Shown here: positions 1-9,467 of the stretch, piece after piece
How the letters are laid out: every line of letters starts with the position of its first letter
Numbering within the stretch: the first letter of the stretch is position 1
DNA from: an uncultured Eubacteriales bacterium
GTDB lineage: Bacteria > Bacillota > Clostridia > Peptostreptococcales > Anaerovoracaceae
DNA: 58,418 nucleotides
Reading direction: 5' to 3'
NCBI GenBank assembly: GCA_902788245.1
Contig: CADAJM010000001.1
Coordinates: 1-58,418, forward strand
The notes under the pieces: model-generated
Seen by the model: the letters and a program-made list of their open reading frames with translations, nothing else
Told to the model about the DNA's origin: nothing
The model's database searches: none
Made by a program: the position numbers and the translations under genes

Positions 1-1479
1 GAGTTCTCCCTCGTCCGCTACGATCTTGGTGCGGCGCGGATCAGCCCATTTCTCTTTAATCTCGAGCAGCTCGTCCTTGATAACGCCCATGAGTTTGTGC
101 TCATCGGCAAGCAGGCTCTTGTAGTATGCGATTCTCTTCTGGAGTTCGTCATACTCAGCCTGAATCTTCTCGCGCTCGAGTCCCTGCAGCTTGGCAAGCC
201 TCATGTCGAGTATTGCCTGTGCCTGTATCTCGGAAAGTCCGAAGCGTACCATCAGTTTTTCCTTCGCATCGTTGTATGCGGAGCGTATGGTCGCGATGAC
301 TTCGTCGATGTTATCCAGTGCGATGATGAGTCCTTCCAAGATGTGCGCTCTGGCCTCTGCCTTGGCGAGGTCGAATCTCGTTCTCCTGGTGACTACTTCT
401 TTCTGGTGCTTCAGGTACTCCTCGAGTATCTGTTTGAGGTTCAGGATCTTAGGCTCGCCGTTTACGAGGGCAAGCATGATCATGCTGAACGATGTCTGAA
501 GCGATGTATGTTTGTACAGTCTGTTGAGGATTACGTTAGGGTTCGCATCGCGCTTGAGCTCGATGACAATTCTCGTTCCCTCTCTGTTTGACTCGTCGCG
601 GATAGCACTGATGCCTTCGATCTTCTTATCCCTTACGAGGTCAGCCATGGACTCGATGAGTCTGGCTTTGTTGACCTGAAACGGTATCTCGGATACGACG
701 ATGTGCATGCGGCCGCCCTTGGTCTCTTCGATCTCGCAGACCGAGCGTACGTTTACTTTACCCTGTCCGGTGAGGTAAGCCTCTCTCGCTGCGCTCTTGC
801 CGAGTATCATGGCTCCGGTCGGAAAGTCCGGCCCTTTGATGATCTTGGTCAGATCTTCAATGGAGCACTCCGGCTCTTCTATCATCTTGACGCAGGCGTC
901 TATGGTCTCGCCGAGGTTGTGCGGCGGGATGGATGTAGCCATACCTACGGCAATTCCGTTTGAGCCGTTGATGAGGAGGTTCGGCACTCTCGATGGGAGT
1001 ACTACCGGCTCCTGCTCTTCTCCGTCGTAGTTGTCTGCGAAATCCACCGTGTCTTTTTCGATGTCTCTGACCATCTGCAGTGAGAACGGTGACATCCTCG
1101 CTTCGGTGTATCTCGATGCGGCGGCTCCGTCTCCGTCCACTGAACCGAAGTTGCCGTGGCCGTCAACGAGCGGATATCTGGTCGAGAAGTCCTGGGCGAG
1201 TTTAACCATGGCCTCATAGATGGAGCTGTCTCCGTGAGGGTGGTATTTACCCATTACTTCTCCGACGATACGCGCCGATTTCTTATGTGGTTTGTCCGGT
1301 GTGATGCCGAGGGAGTGCATGCCGTAGAGGATTCTCCTGTGTACCGGCTTGAGTCCGTCTCTGACATCCGGAAGAGCACGGCCTACGATTACGCTCATGG
1401 CGTAGTCGATGTACGAGTTTTTCATCTCGTCGTATATTTCGTGCTCGATTATATTGCTGTTGTCTAGCAAATTAGCCAT
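1..1479 (-). CDS. gyrA: DNA gyrase subunit A, N-terminal 493 codons (runs off the window's left edge)
   Basis: The reverse-strand frame is open from ATG (cat at 1477-1479) to position 1. My translation begins [52 protein letters not shown], with AAMRYTE-type active-site context downstream. It is absent from the ORF track only because it is truncated. Confidence 0.9.
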   Translation of the reverse strand, partial: MANLLDNSNIIEHEIYDEMKNSYIDYAMSVIVGRALPDVRDGLKPVHRRILYGMHSLGITPDKPHKKSARIVGEVMGKYHPHGDSSIYEAMVKLAQDFSTRYPLVDGHGNFGSVDGDGAAASRYTEARMSPFSLQMVRDIEKDTVDFADNYDGEEQEPVVLPSRVPNLLINGSNGIAVGMATSIPPHNLGETIDACVKMIEEPECSIEDLTKIIKGPDFPTGAMILGKSAAREAYLTGQGKVNVRSVCEIEETKGGRMHIVVSEIPFQVNKARLIESMADLVRDKKIEGISAIRDESNREGTRIVIELKRDANPNVILNRLYKHTSLQTSFSMIMLALVNGEPKILNLKQILEEYLKHQKEVVTRRTRFDLAKAEARAHILEGLIIALDNIDEVIATIRSAYNDAKEKLMVRFGLSEIQAQAILDMRLAKLQGLEREKIQAEYDELQKRIAYYKSLLADEHKLMGVIKDELLEIKEKWADPRRTKIVADEGEL

Positions 1480-1538
1480 CTTAGTTTCCTTTCAAGCGCC
1501 TGCTGCGTGATTCGCAGTCTCGCGCTGCATTGTCAGTT

Positions 1539-3515
<1,977 letters not shown>

Positions 3516-3566
3516 TTATTGTCTGAATTTGTATCTCGGGGCTGCTTTTCAAAAAGTCCCATACAT

Positions 3567-3603
3567 GAAAAAAACGGGCGCAGCATCCCTTCTTCGCGCC
3601 CGT
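3567..3603 (-). terminator. Intrinsic-terminator-like hairpin upstream of gyrB
   Basis: 8-bp GC stem acgggcgc (3574-3581) / gcgcccgt (3596-3603) with a 14-nt loop. On the minus strand it is followed by a 7-U run (3567-3573). It abuts the predicted gyrB promoter. Confidence 0.45.
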
Positions 3604-3632
3604 ATTTTACCATATAAGCGATTTTTATGCAA
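3604..3632 (-). promoter_or_regulatory. Sigma-A-like promoter candidate for gyrB-gyrA
   Basis: Minus strand reads TTGCAT (3632-3627), a 17-nt spacer, then TAAAAT (3609-3604). It lies about 140 nt upstream of the gyrB ATG. Confidence 0.4.
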
Positions 3633-3832
3633 GATATTCCACAATATCTTGTATTTTCAAAAAAGTCCCTCAAATCGACAATTTTCGCCTCATTTTCGAC
3701 TAAAGCATCCCGAAAGCCAGTGATTTCATGTTTTTCGGGCTTTCTCAAAAAAACAAGATTTCTCTTGTTAGTTCATGCGCTTTTACAATATACTGAAATG
3801 CGACGCAGCGCGTGTCTTTATAAAGGTAAAAA

Positions 3833-5185
3833 ATGCATTTTGACAAAAGGCAAGTTAACAAGAAAATAATAAAGATTGCATCTCCGATCGCGGTGCAGGG
3901 CATGGTAACTGCCACGCTTACAATGGTGGACAACCTCATGGTCGGGATGCTCGGAGAGACCGAGCTTGCGGCAGTAGGTGTCGCATCTCAGATTTTTATG
4001 GTGCACTATCTGGTGCTCTTTGGCTTCGTCAGCGGGACGGCCACTTTCATGGCGCAGTTCTACGGCACTAAGGACATGGCCAATATCCGAAAGGTTCTCG
4101 GATTTGCCGTAACGCTTCTCGGCGCCTTCGGACTGCTCTTCTTTGCTGTTATGAATCTCTTTACGAAGGGAATTCTTTCTATATATACGGAGGACCCTGC
4201 GGTTCTTGATCTCGCGGCGACTTACGTGAGGATAAACAGCCTGTCCTTCCTGATTCTCGCTTTCACCTCTCCGATGGAGATGGGCTTCAAGGCAACTCAG
4301 CAGGTCAGGCTTCCGATGATAATAAGCATGGTCGTGTTCTCAAGCAACACCATCATCAACTACATACTCATCTTCGGTAAGTTCGGCATGCCGGCTCTCG
4401 GTGTTGCGGGCGCCGCAATTGGTACGGTCTCAGCTAGAGTTCTTGAGTTCTGCCTGAACGCATATTTCACGATGAGAAAGGGCAGCATGATCAGGGCGCC
4501 GCTCTCGTCATTTATCGGATGGGACAAAGAGTTGCTCAGGCGCATCATTAAGAACTCGACACCGACTACGATCAACGAGCTCTTTTGGAGCGTGGGGCAG
4601 ACCATGTACGTGGCTGCATATAACAGAATAGGAACTACCGCGTTCGCCGCATACCAGGCGGCAAACGCAATCTTCAATATTGTTAATTTCGCTTCGTTCA
4701 GTATAGGAGATGCCGCGCTTATCCTGATAGGTGAAAAGCTCGGCGAAGAAGACGTCCCTTATGCAAAGAAGTTGGCGCTTCATCTTATAAAAGTCGCCAT
4801 AGTTGCGGGGCTTGCCCTGGGACTTGTCACATGCCTTTTGGCAGGACCTCTCTCGGGATTATTCAGACTCACGCCTGCGGGCAGACATGACATGTTCAAT
4901 ATACTGATTGTTTTCGGAGTGACTTTTGTTCTGGATCTTATATCCGGCATGATGGTCGCGGGTGTGCTGAGAGCAGGCGGCGACACGAGATTTGTAATGA
5001 TCACGGAGACCTGCACAGTATGGCTCATAGGTGTGCCTTTGGCCTTCCTGGCTGCTATGGTCTGGCACACGCCAATTCACCTGGCGCTTTTGCTCACTCG
5101 AGTAGAGCTTCTCGTAAAAGATGTGATACTTCTGGCGCGCTACAAATCCGGCAAATGGGCAAACACCGTTATCAAGGATCTGTAG
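3833..5185 (+). CDS. MATE family efflux transporter
   Basis: 450-aa polytopic membrane ORF. N-terminus IASPIAVQGMVTATLTMVDNLMVGMLGETELAAVGVASQ is typical of MatE repeats, and there are two homologous halves. Confidence 0.88.
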   Translation: MHFDKRQVNKKIIKIASPIAVQGMVTATLTMVDNLMVGMLGETELAAVGVASQIFMVHYLVLFGFVSGTATFMAQFYGTKDMANIRKVLGFAVTLLGAFGLLFFAVMNLFTKGILSIYTEDPAVLDLAATYVRINSLSFLILAFTSPMEMGFKATQQVRLPMIISMVVFSSNTIINYILIFGKFGMPALGVAGAAIGTVSARVLEFCLNAYFTMRKGSMIRAPLSSFIGWDKELLRRIIKNSTPTTINELFWSVGQTMYVAAYNRIGTTAFAAYQAANAIFNIVNFASFSIGDAALILIGEKLGEEDVPYAKKLALHLIKVAIVAGLALGLVTCLLAGPLSGLFRLTPAGRHDMFNILIVFGVTFVLDLISGMMVAGVLRAGGDTRFVMITETCTVWLIGVPLAFLAAMVWHTPIHLALLLTRVELLVKDVILLARYKSGKWANTVIKDL

Positions 5186-5188
5186 TTC

Positions 5189-6103
5189 CTATCCGAAATA
5201 ATTCTTTAGACTGTCATTTATGCTTTTGAAGTCTATGGTAATTGCTCCGGCAGATATTTCAAGAGGTATTAAATCCTCAAAGTTATAAGTTTTCGGCGCA
5301 ATTCTTTTTTCAAAGCTATATACGTAAATCTCTTCCCTTTCTATGTCGATAATCCAATACTCTCTTACGCCTATCGTCCAATACTTATTGAGCTTTACGA
5401 ACGTGTCGTGCTTCTCGGTTGAAGGAGACAGCACTTCTATAACCAGATCCGGGGCACCGATTATATCCTCTTCTTCTTTATCATTGTATTTTTCTTTGTC
5501 GCAAACCATGAGAATATCCGGAATGAGCCTGTTCTTTTCGTCCTCTTTACTCAGCCTCACGCCCGTAGGTGCAACAAGCACAAGGCAGTCCTTGCGTTTG
5601 CCTTTTACTTTGTCCTTCGCTGCATCGAGCTGTGCACTCAGCCTGGTTACAATCAGTTGATGTTTCTTTGTAGGCGTGTTCCTGTCATATATCACCCCGT
5701 CTATCAATTCTATTAACATCCCCTCCGGAAGATTGTCTAAATCACTCACGGTAAATTCTCCGGCTTTTTTCCGCGACAATAGCCTCTCATACTCGCCGAT
5801 GACTTCTTCCTTTTTCAGAGGTTCGAAATTGTATTCATCAATGGCTGCGCCTTCGGCGACGCAATTGCCCCAATCCAGTGCGAGATTCTCTACAATATCT
5901 TTATATAAAGCGGTTTCTTTCGGACTGTGAAGTTCAGGGAAAAGAACGCACTCTATACTTTGAATAGTGTTGTATCTCGGTTTCTCGGTAAAACCTCCGA
6001 ATATCTTGTTGACTGTGCTGATGGGCACACCCGATTTCTCCGAAATCATTTCGTTGGTATATCCGAGTTCTTTTTTTCTTTCTATTAAATCTGAAATCTT
6101 CAT
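5189..6103 (-). CDS. XRE-type HTH domain fused to a Uma2 (DUF820) PD-(D/E)XK nuclease-like domain
   Basis: N-terminus MKISDLIERKKELGYTNEMISEKSGVPISTVNKIFGG is XRE-HTH-like. The C-terminus carries Uma2 hallmarks: ELIDGVIY, PDILMV, PDLVIEVLSPST..D..K...Y...GVREYWIID. I moved the start to ATG 6103 because AGAGGA lies 5 nt upstream and a strong promoter overlaps the track's ATG at 6145. Confidence 0.78.
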   Translation of the reverse strand: MKISDLIERKKELGYTNEMISEKSGVPISTVNKIFGGFTEKPRYNTIQSIECVLFPELHSPKETALYKDIVENLALDWGNCVAEGAAIDEYNFEPLKKEEVIGEYERLLSRKKAGEFTVSDLDNLPEGMLIELIDGVIYDRNTPTKKHQLIVTRLSAQLDAAKDKVKGKRKDCLVLVAPTGVRLSKEDEKNRLIPDILMVCDKEKYNDKEEEDIIGAPDLVIEVLSPSTEKHDTFVKLNKYWTIGVREYWIIDIEREEIYVYSFEKRIAPKTYNFEDLIPLEISAGAITIDFKSINDSLKNYFG

Positions 6104-6145
6104 TCGATTCCTCTTTCCAAAAACTATCCATTTGTTGTTATCCAA

Positions 6146-6173
6146 ATTATATCCATTTGCTATCCAAAGTCAA
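6146..6173 (-). promoter_or_regulatory. Sigma-A-like promoter for the HTH-Uma2 gene
   Basis: Minus strand reads TTGACT (6173-6168), a 16-nt spacer, then TATAAT (6151-6146). Confidence 0.55.
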
Positions 6174-6186
6174 GTTTTAATATGAA

Positions 6187-6224
6187 AAGAGGCGAGCATA
6201 TGATTTCAATGTGCTTCGCCTCTT
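6187..6224 (-). terminator. Hairpin downstream of recF
   Basis: 9-bp stem aagaggcga (6187-6195) / tcgcctctt (6216-6224). On the minus strand it is followed by a moderately T-rich tract (ttcatatt). Confidence 0.45.
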
Positions 6225-6233
6225 GATTATCAA

Positions 6234-7460
6234 TTAGTATTTGTCGACGCGGGTGACATTTCCTTCTTCGATGCGGAACAGGGTGCCTCCCTGCAGGGCG
6301 CTTCGGACTTCGTCCGCAAGCTCCGCCGACGTGATGAAGAGCTGGACGTCGTCTATCTCGCTGATCAGGAATCTCTGGCGGCCCGGGTCCAGCTCTGAGA
6401 GAACGTCGTCGAGCAGCAGCACGGGCGCCTCGCCCAGTATCTGCCTCGCGATTCTGATTTCTGCGAATTTCAGCGAGAGCGCGATGGTGCGCTGCTGGCC
6501 CTGCGAACCGAACTTCCTCGCATCGTTTCCGTTTATATAGAATTCGATGTCGTCCCGATGAGGTCCGAGGGTCGCGCTTCCGTTATATATATCCTTCTCT
6601 CTGTTATTCCTTATCTGGCTGTAGAGTATCTCTCTTCCCTCGGACGCGGTCACGTAGTTGCATGCCGTCTTGTATTTAATCTCGAGGCTCTCCCTGCCGT
6701 CGGAGATATTTCTCATTATCTCTGCTGCTTCCTCGGAGAGCATCTCGACAAACTCCATCCGGTATCTGATAAGCTCGTATCCCGCATCGGCAATCTGCCT
6801 GTCGTATACGTCGAGCAGATCCTCATTGTACCTGCGTGAATTGTCGTACGGGTTTGCCGTCTCTGCTCCGTCCGAACTTCCCTTGGCATAATCCGGAGAC
6901 ACATCATTCAGACTTAAATTGTCGGCGCGCGTGAAGGTCTTCTTCTTTACATTAAAGAAGCCCTTCAGCAGTGCGTTCTTCTCCTTAAGTGCCTCGTTGT
7001 AGCGACGCAGCTGCTCATAATACCGCGGCCTCATCTGCGAAAGCTCGCGGTTTATGAACGCGCGCCTCTTCTCCGGACTATCTTTAATAATCCGAAGGTC
7101 ATCCGGCGTAAACACAATCACGACCACGGTATTAAGAAGGTCCGCCGTCTTCTTTACGACTTTCCCGTCCTTCTTGATCATCTTCTTGCCGTCAGACCTG
7201 ATGGTGATGCTTACGTTCTTATCTATATCCTCGCTGGTGATGTCCGCGCTCACGCGTCCGCTCGTCTCTCCGAAGAGTATCATGTCGGCCGAGTTGTTCG
7301 TCCTAAATGACTTGGCAAACGCCGTGAGGTATATAGCTTCGACGAGATTTGTCTTGCCCTGAGCGTTCTCTCCCACGATAAGATTGCGCCTCTCATCGAA
7401 CTCGATTTCGAGGTTTTTATAATTTCTGAAATTTTCGAGTACCAATCCGTTAATCTTCAT
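6234..7460 (-). CDS. recF: DNA replication/repair protein RecF
   Basis: 408 aa. N-terminus MKINGLVLENFRNYKNLEIEF, Walker A GENAQGKTNLVEAI, signature FGSQGQQRT and Walker B LLLDDVLSELD. An extra ~30-40 aa segment lies in the arm region (about aa 168-210). Confidence 0.93.
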   Translation of the reverse strand: MKINGLVLENFRNYKNLEIEFDERRNLIVGENAQGKTNLVEAIYLTAFAKSFRTNNSADMILFGETSGRVSADITSEDIDKNVSITIRSDGKKMIKKDGKVVKKTADLLNTVVVIVFTPDDLRIIKDSPEKRRAFINRELSQMRPRYYEQLRRYNEALKEKNALLKGFFNVKKKTFTRADNLSLNDVSPDYAKGSSDGAETANPYDNSRRYNEDLLDVYDRQIADAGYELIRYRMEFVEMLSEEAAEIMRNISDGRESLEIKYKTACNYVTASEGREILYSQIRNNREKDIYNGSATLGPHRDDIEFYINGNDARKFGSQGQQRTIALSLKFAEIRIARQILGEAPVLLLDDVLSELDPGRQRFLISEIDDVQLFITSAELADEVRSALQGGTLFRIEEGNVTRVDKY

Positions 7461-7515
7461 GCCCCAATATTAACACATATTCGCGCCGACCCGAAGTTTT
7501 GCAGCGAAAGTCGAC

Positions 7516-7618
7516 AGTGCGCAAGATATAAAATCGCAAAATGTCCAAGAGTGCGCAAGATATAAGGTCATTATCCTGCGCACTCTTGTATATTTTTCAA
7601 AAAACTATCTTGCGCACT
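7516..7618. repeat. Array of four copies of the 13-mer AGTGCGCAAGATA (two direct, two inverted)
   Basis: Copies at 7516-7528 (+), 7550-7562 (+), 7573-7585 (inverted, 1 mismatch) and 7606-7618 (inverted). Spacing is 34 and 33 bp. Copies 2 and 3 contribute a 12-bp perfect stem (7546-7557 / 7577-7588). Confidence 0.7.
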
Positions 7619-7701
7619 ATATACTTCTTGAGTTTTATATGGCTTACAAAAATGGTACAATTAGCGGGCAAAATATATTTTGTAAAGAAATGGAGAAAGA
7701 A

Positions 7702-8229
7702 ATGAACAACAAAAGAGGCGGAGCCGGCGCCAAATTCCTGCTCGTACTATTCCTGATGCTCGTTGCTGCAGGCGGCGGTGCGTACGGATTCAGCGTATTT
7801 GACGGTAAGATGGCAGTTCGTGATGCCAACAAAATAATAAAGGATGTAGAAGTGGGTGACTACGATACCGAAGAAGCAACTCAGATTCAGAGCTATCTTG
7901 ACGGTGTCGAAAAAGACCTCGCTACAGCAAAGAGCCGCAAGGAAGTCTATGAGATACTCGACGAGTTCAAAGAGGACGTTGCAAAGGTTCAGACCAAGAC
8001 TCAGAAAGAGCTCGAGGCTGCACGCAAGGAAGCCGAGGAAGCCAGAAAGGCTAACCAGAATAACAAGAATAACAGCAACGGCACCACAGACAACGGAACT
8101 GACAACAGCACGAACTACGGCACTGACAACAGTCAGGACAGCAGCGGCGGCTACAAGAACAACAACCTCAGCGGAAGCCAGGAGGATGAAGAGTCCAACG
8201 GCCTTCTCAGCAACCTCTTCGGAAGCTGA
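7702..8229 (+). CDS. Membrane-anchored protein of unknown function with a coiled-coil and an Asn/Asp/Ser-rich tail
   Basis: Start chosen at ATG 7702, with GGAGA 5 nt upstream. It has one N-terminal TM helix (FLLVLFLMLVAAGGGAYGF) and a low-complexity C-terminus. No family recognised. Confidence 0.55.
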   Translation: MNNKRGGAGAKFLLVLFLMLVAAGGGAYGFSVFDGKMAVRDANKIIKDVEVGDYDTEEATQIQSYLDGVEKDLATAKSRKEVYEILDEFKEDVAKVQTKTQKELEAARKEAEEARKANQNNKNNSNGTTDNGTDNSTNYGTDNSQDSSGGYKNNNLSGSQEDEESNGLLSNLFGS

Positions 8230-8267
8230 TTCATTTGCGCTGACAAAACTCAACGGAGATATACGCT

Positions 8268-8744
8268 ATGACTATTAAAGGAAGAAAAAGATACATCGCG
8301 CTGCTTGGCATGCTCATCCTGCTTTGCCTAGCATTTACTTCCTGTGTCAGCAAACCGACTACGGTCGAAGAATTGATCAACAGCAATGAGGAAATAGCCG
8401 AGCAACTTGCGACTTCGTCCGGCTCCTCGAATATGACTCTTGAGATCAAAGGCAATGAGATTATTTATTCATATGACCTGTCCGGCATCGAGGGCGCTAC
8501 CGAGGAGAACATCAAAGACGAGGCGATGATCAAAATCCTGCAAACCACTCTCGCGGATCAGTCGTCCGCATATGCAGCTGTTTGCAAGAATATTGAGAAA
8601 TCCTCTGAGATAAGCGGCGTCACCGCAACCGTCAACTACACCTACAAAGGCGAGGTCCTGGCGACGAAGACCTTCTCTTCCGCAGGTGAAACAGAAAAGA
8701 CAGAAAAGCCAAAAGAAGAAAAGACCGAAGAGAAAGAAGAATAA
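8268..8744 (+). CDS. Lipoprotein of unknown function
   Basis: Signal peptide with lipobox LAFTSC. A GGAGA RBS lies upstream and the C-terminal tail is Lys/Glu-rich. Confidence 0.72.
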   Translation: MTIKGRKRYIALLGMLILLCLAFTSCVSKPTTVEELINSNEEIAEQLATSSGSSNMTLEIKGNEIIYSYDLSGIEGATEENIKDEAMIKILQTTLADQSSAYAAVCKNIEKSSEISGVTATVNYTYKGEVLATKTFSSAGETEKTEKPKEEKTEEKEE

Positions 8745-8757
8745 TCTATACATATCC

Positions 8758-8797
8758 AAAGAGGACGGAGTCACATATCACACCATCCGTCCTCTTT
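8758..8797. terminator. Bidirectional intrinsic terminator between convergent genes
   Basis: 12-bp perfect stem aaagaggacgga (8758-8769) / tccgtcctcttt (8786-8797). It is flanked by A-rich sequence on the left and T-rich sequence on the right. Confidence 0.7.
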
Positions 8798-8824
8798 TCG
8801 TTTACCGTATTTTGCTTCCTGAGC

Positions 8825-9454
8825 CTATACTTTCTGTTTTCTTCTTCTGGCAAATCCGACAGTTGCCAGTGCGGCAAGAGCTCCTATTCCGATCCAGATG
8901 TACATATTGGTATCATCTCCCGTATCCGCTCCTCCGCTGCCGTCTTCGTCGTCATCCTCTTCCTCAGCAGCGAACTGCCAGGTGAGAGTTCCCTCTGCAT
9001 CCTGATACTTGTTGCCGACTGAGGTAGGCATCTCAAGCGCAACGTTGACTGTCTTGGATTCTCCAGGTGCGAACTTGCCAAGTGATAGCCATACATGGCT
9101 CCCGGATAAGCGCACCATATCGCTGTTTCCGTTTACCTTGAAGTTCAGCTGGGATACGAAGTCTTGGTTATCGGCTGCTCCGATTGATCTCACGCTGATT
9201 TCTACGGTCTTTTTGCTGTTGTTGGTAATAGTAACATCTTCGCTGCGGCTGTCTCCCGGCATCAAACCTTTGAAACTCGGAAGCAGGTCTGCCCCTGATG
9301 AACTGCTTACCGGTCCAAAGCTAAAGCCCTTGTCTTTGCCGTCATATGACACCGTCCCGGCCGCAAACACGCCCACGCTCATGAGCGAAAGTATGAGCAT
9401 GGCTGTCAGCATGATGGAGATGATTCTTTTTGTTTTCTTTGTCTTATTCTTCAT
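8825..9454 (-). CDS. Secreted beta-sandwich-like protein with an acidic linker, C-terminal TM helix and basic tail (sortase-substrate-like architecture, no canonical LPXTG)
   Basis: True start is ATG 9454 (MKNKTKKTKRIISIMLTAMLILSLMSVGVFAAG), with TAAGGAGGTG immediately upstream. C-terminus is EEEDDDEDGSGGADTGDDTNMYIWIGIGALAALATVGFARRRKQKV. Confidence 0.7.
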   Translation of the reverse strand: MKNKTKKTKRIISIMLTAMLILSLMSVGVFAAGTVSYDGKDKGFSFGPVSSSSGADLLPSFKGLMPGDSRSEDVTITNNSKKTVEISVRSIGAADNQDFVSQLNFKVNGNSDMVRLSGSHVWLSLGKFAPGESKTVNVALEMPTSVGNKYQDAEGTLTWQFAAEEEDDDEDGSGGADTGDDTNMYIWIGIGALAALATVGFARRRKQKV

Positions 9455-9467
9455 CCTAATCACCTCC

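Noticed and set aside
97-1467. Several 60-160-aa plus-strand ORFs in the first 1.5 kb
   Set aside because: They lie antisense to the open gyrA frame, which has unmistakable GyrA motifs.
7516-7618. Possibility that the 13-mer array (or the 20758-20953 hairpin pair) is a small CRISPR array
   Set aside because: There are only two to four copies, in mixed orientations. Repeat lengths of 13 bp (or hairpins with 21-nt loops) do not fit CRISPR repeat-spacer geometry, and no cas genes are present.
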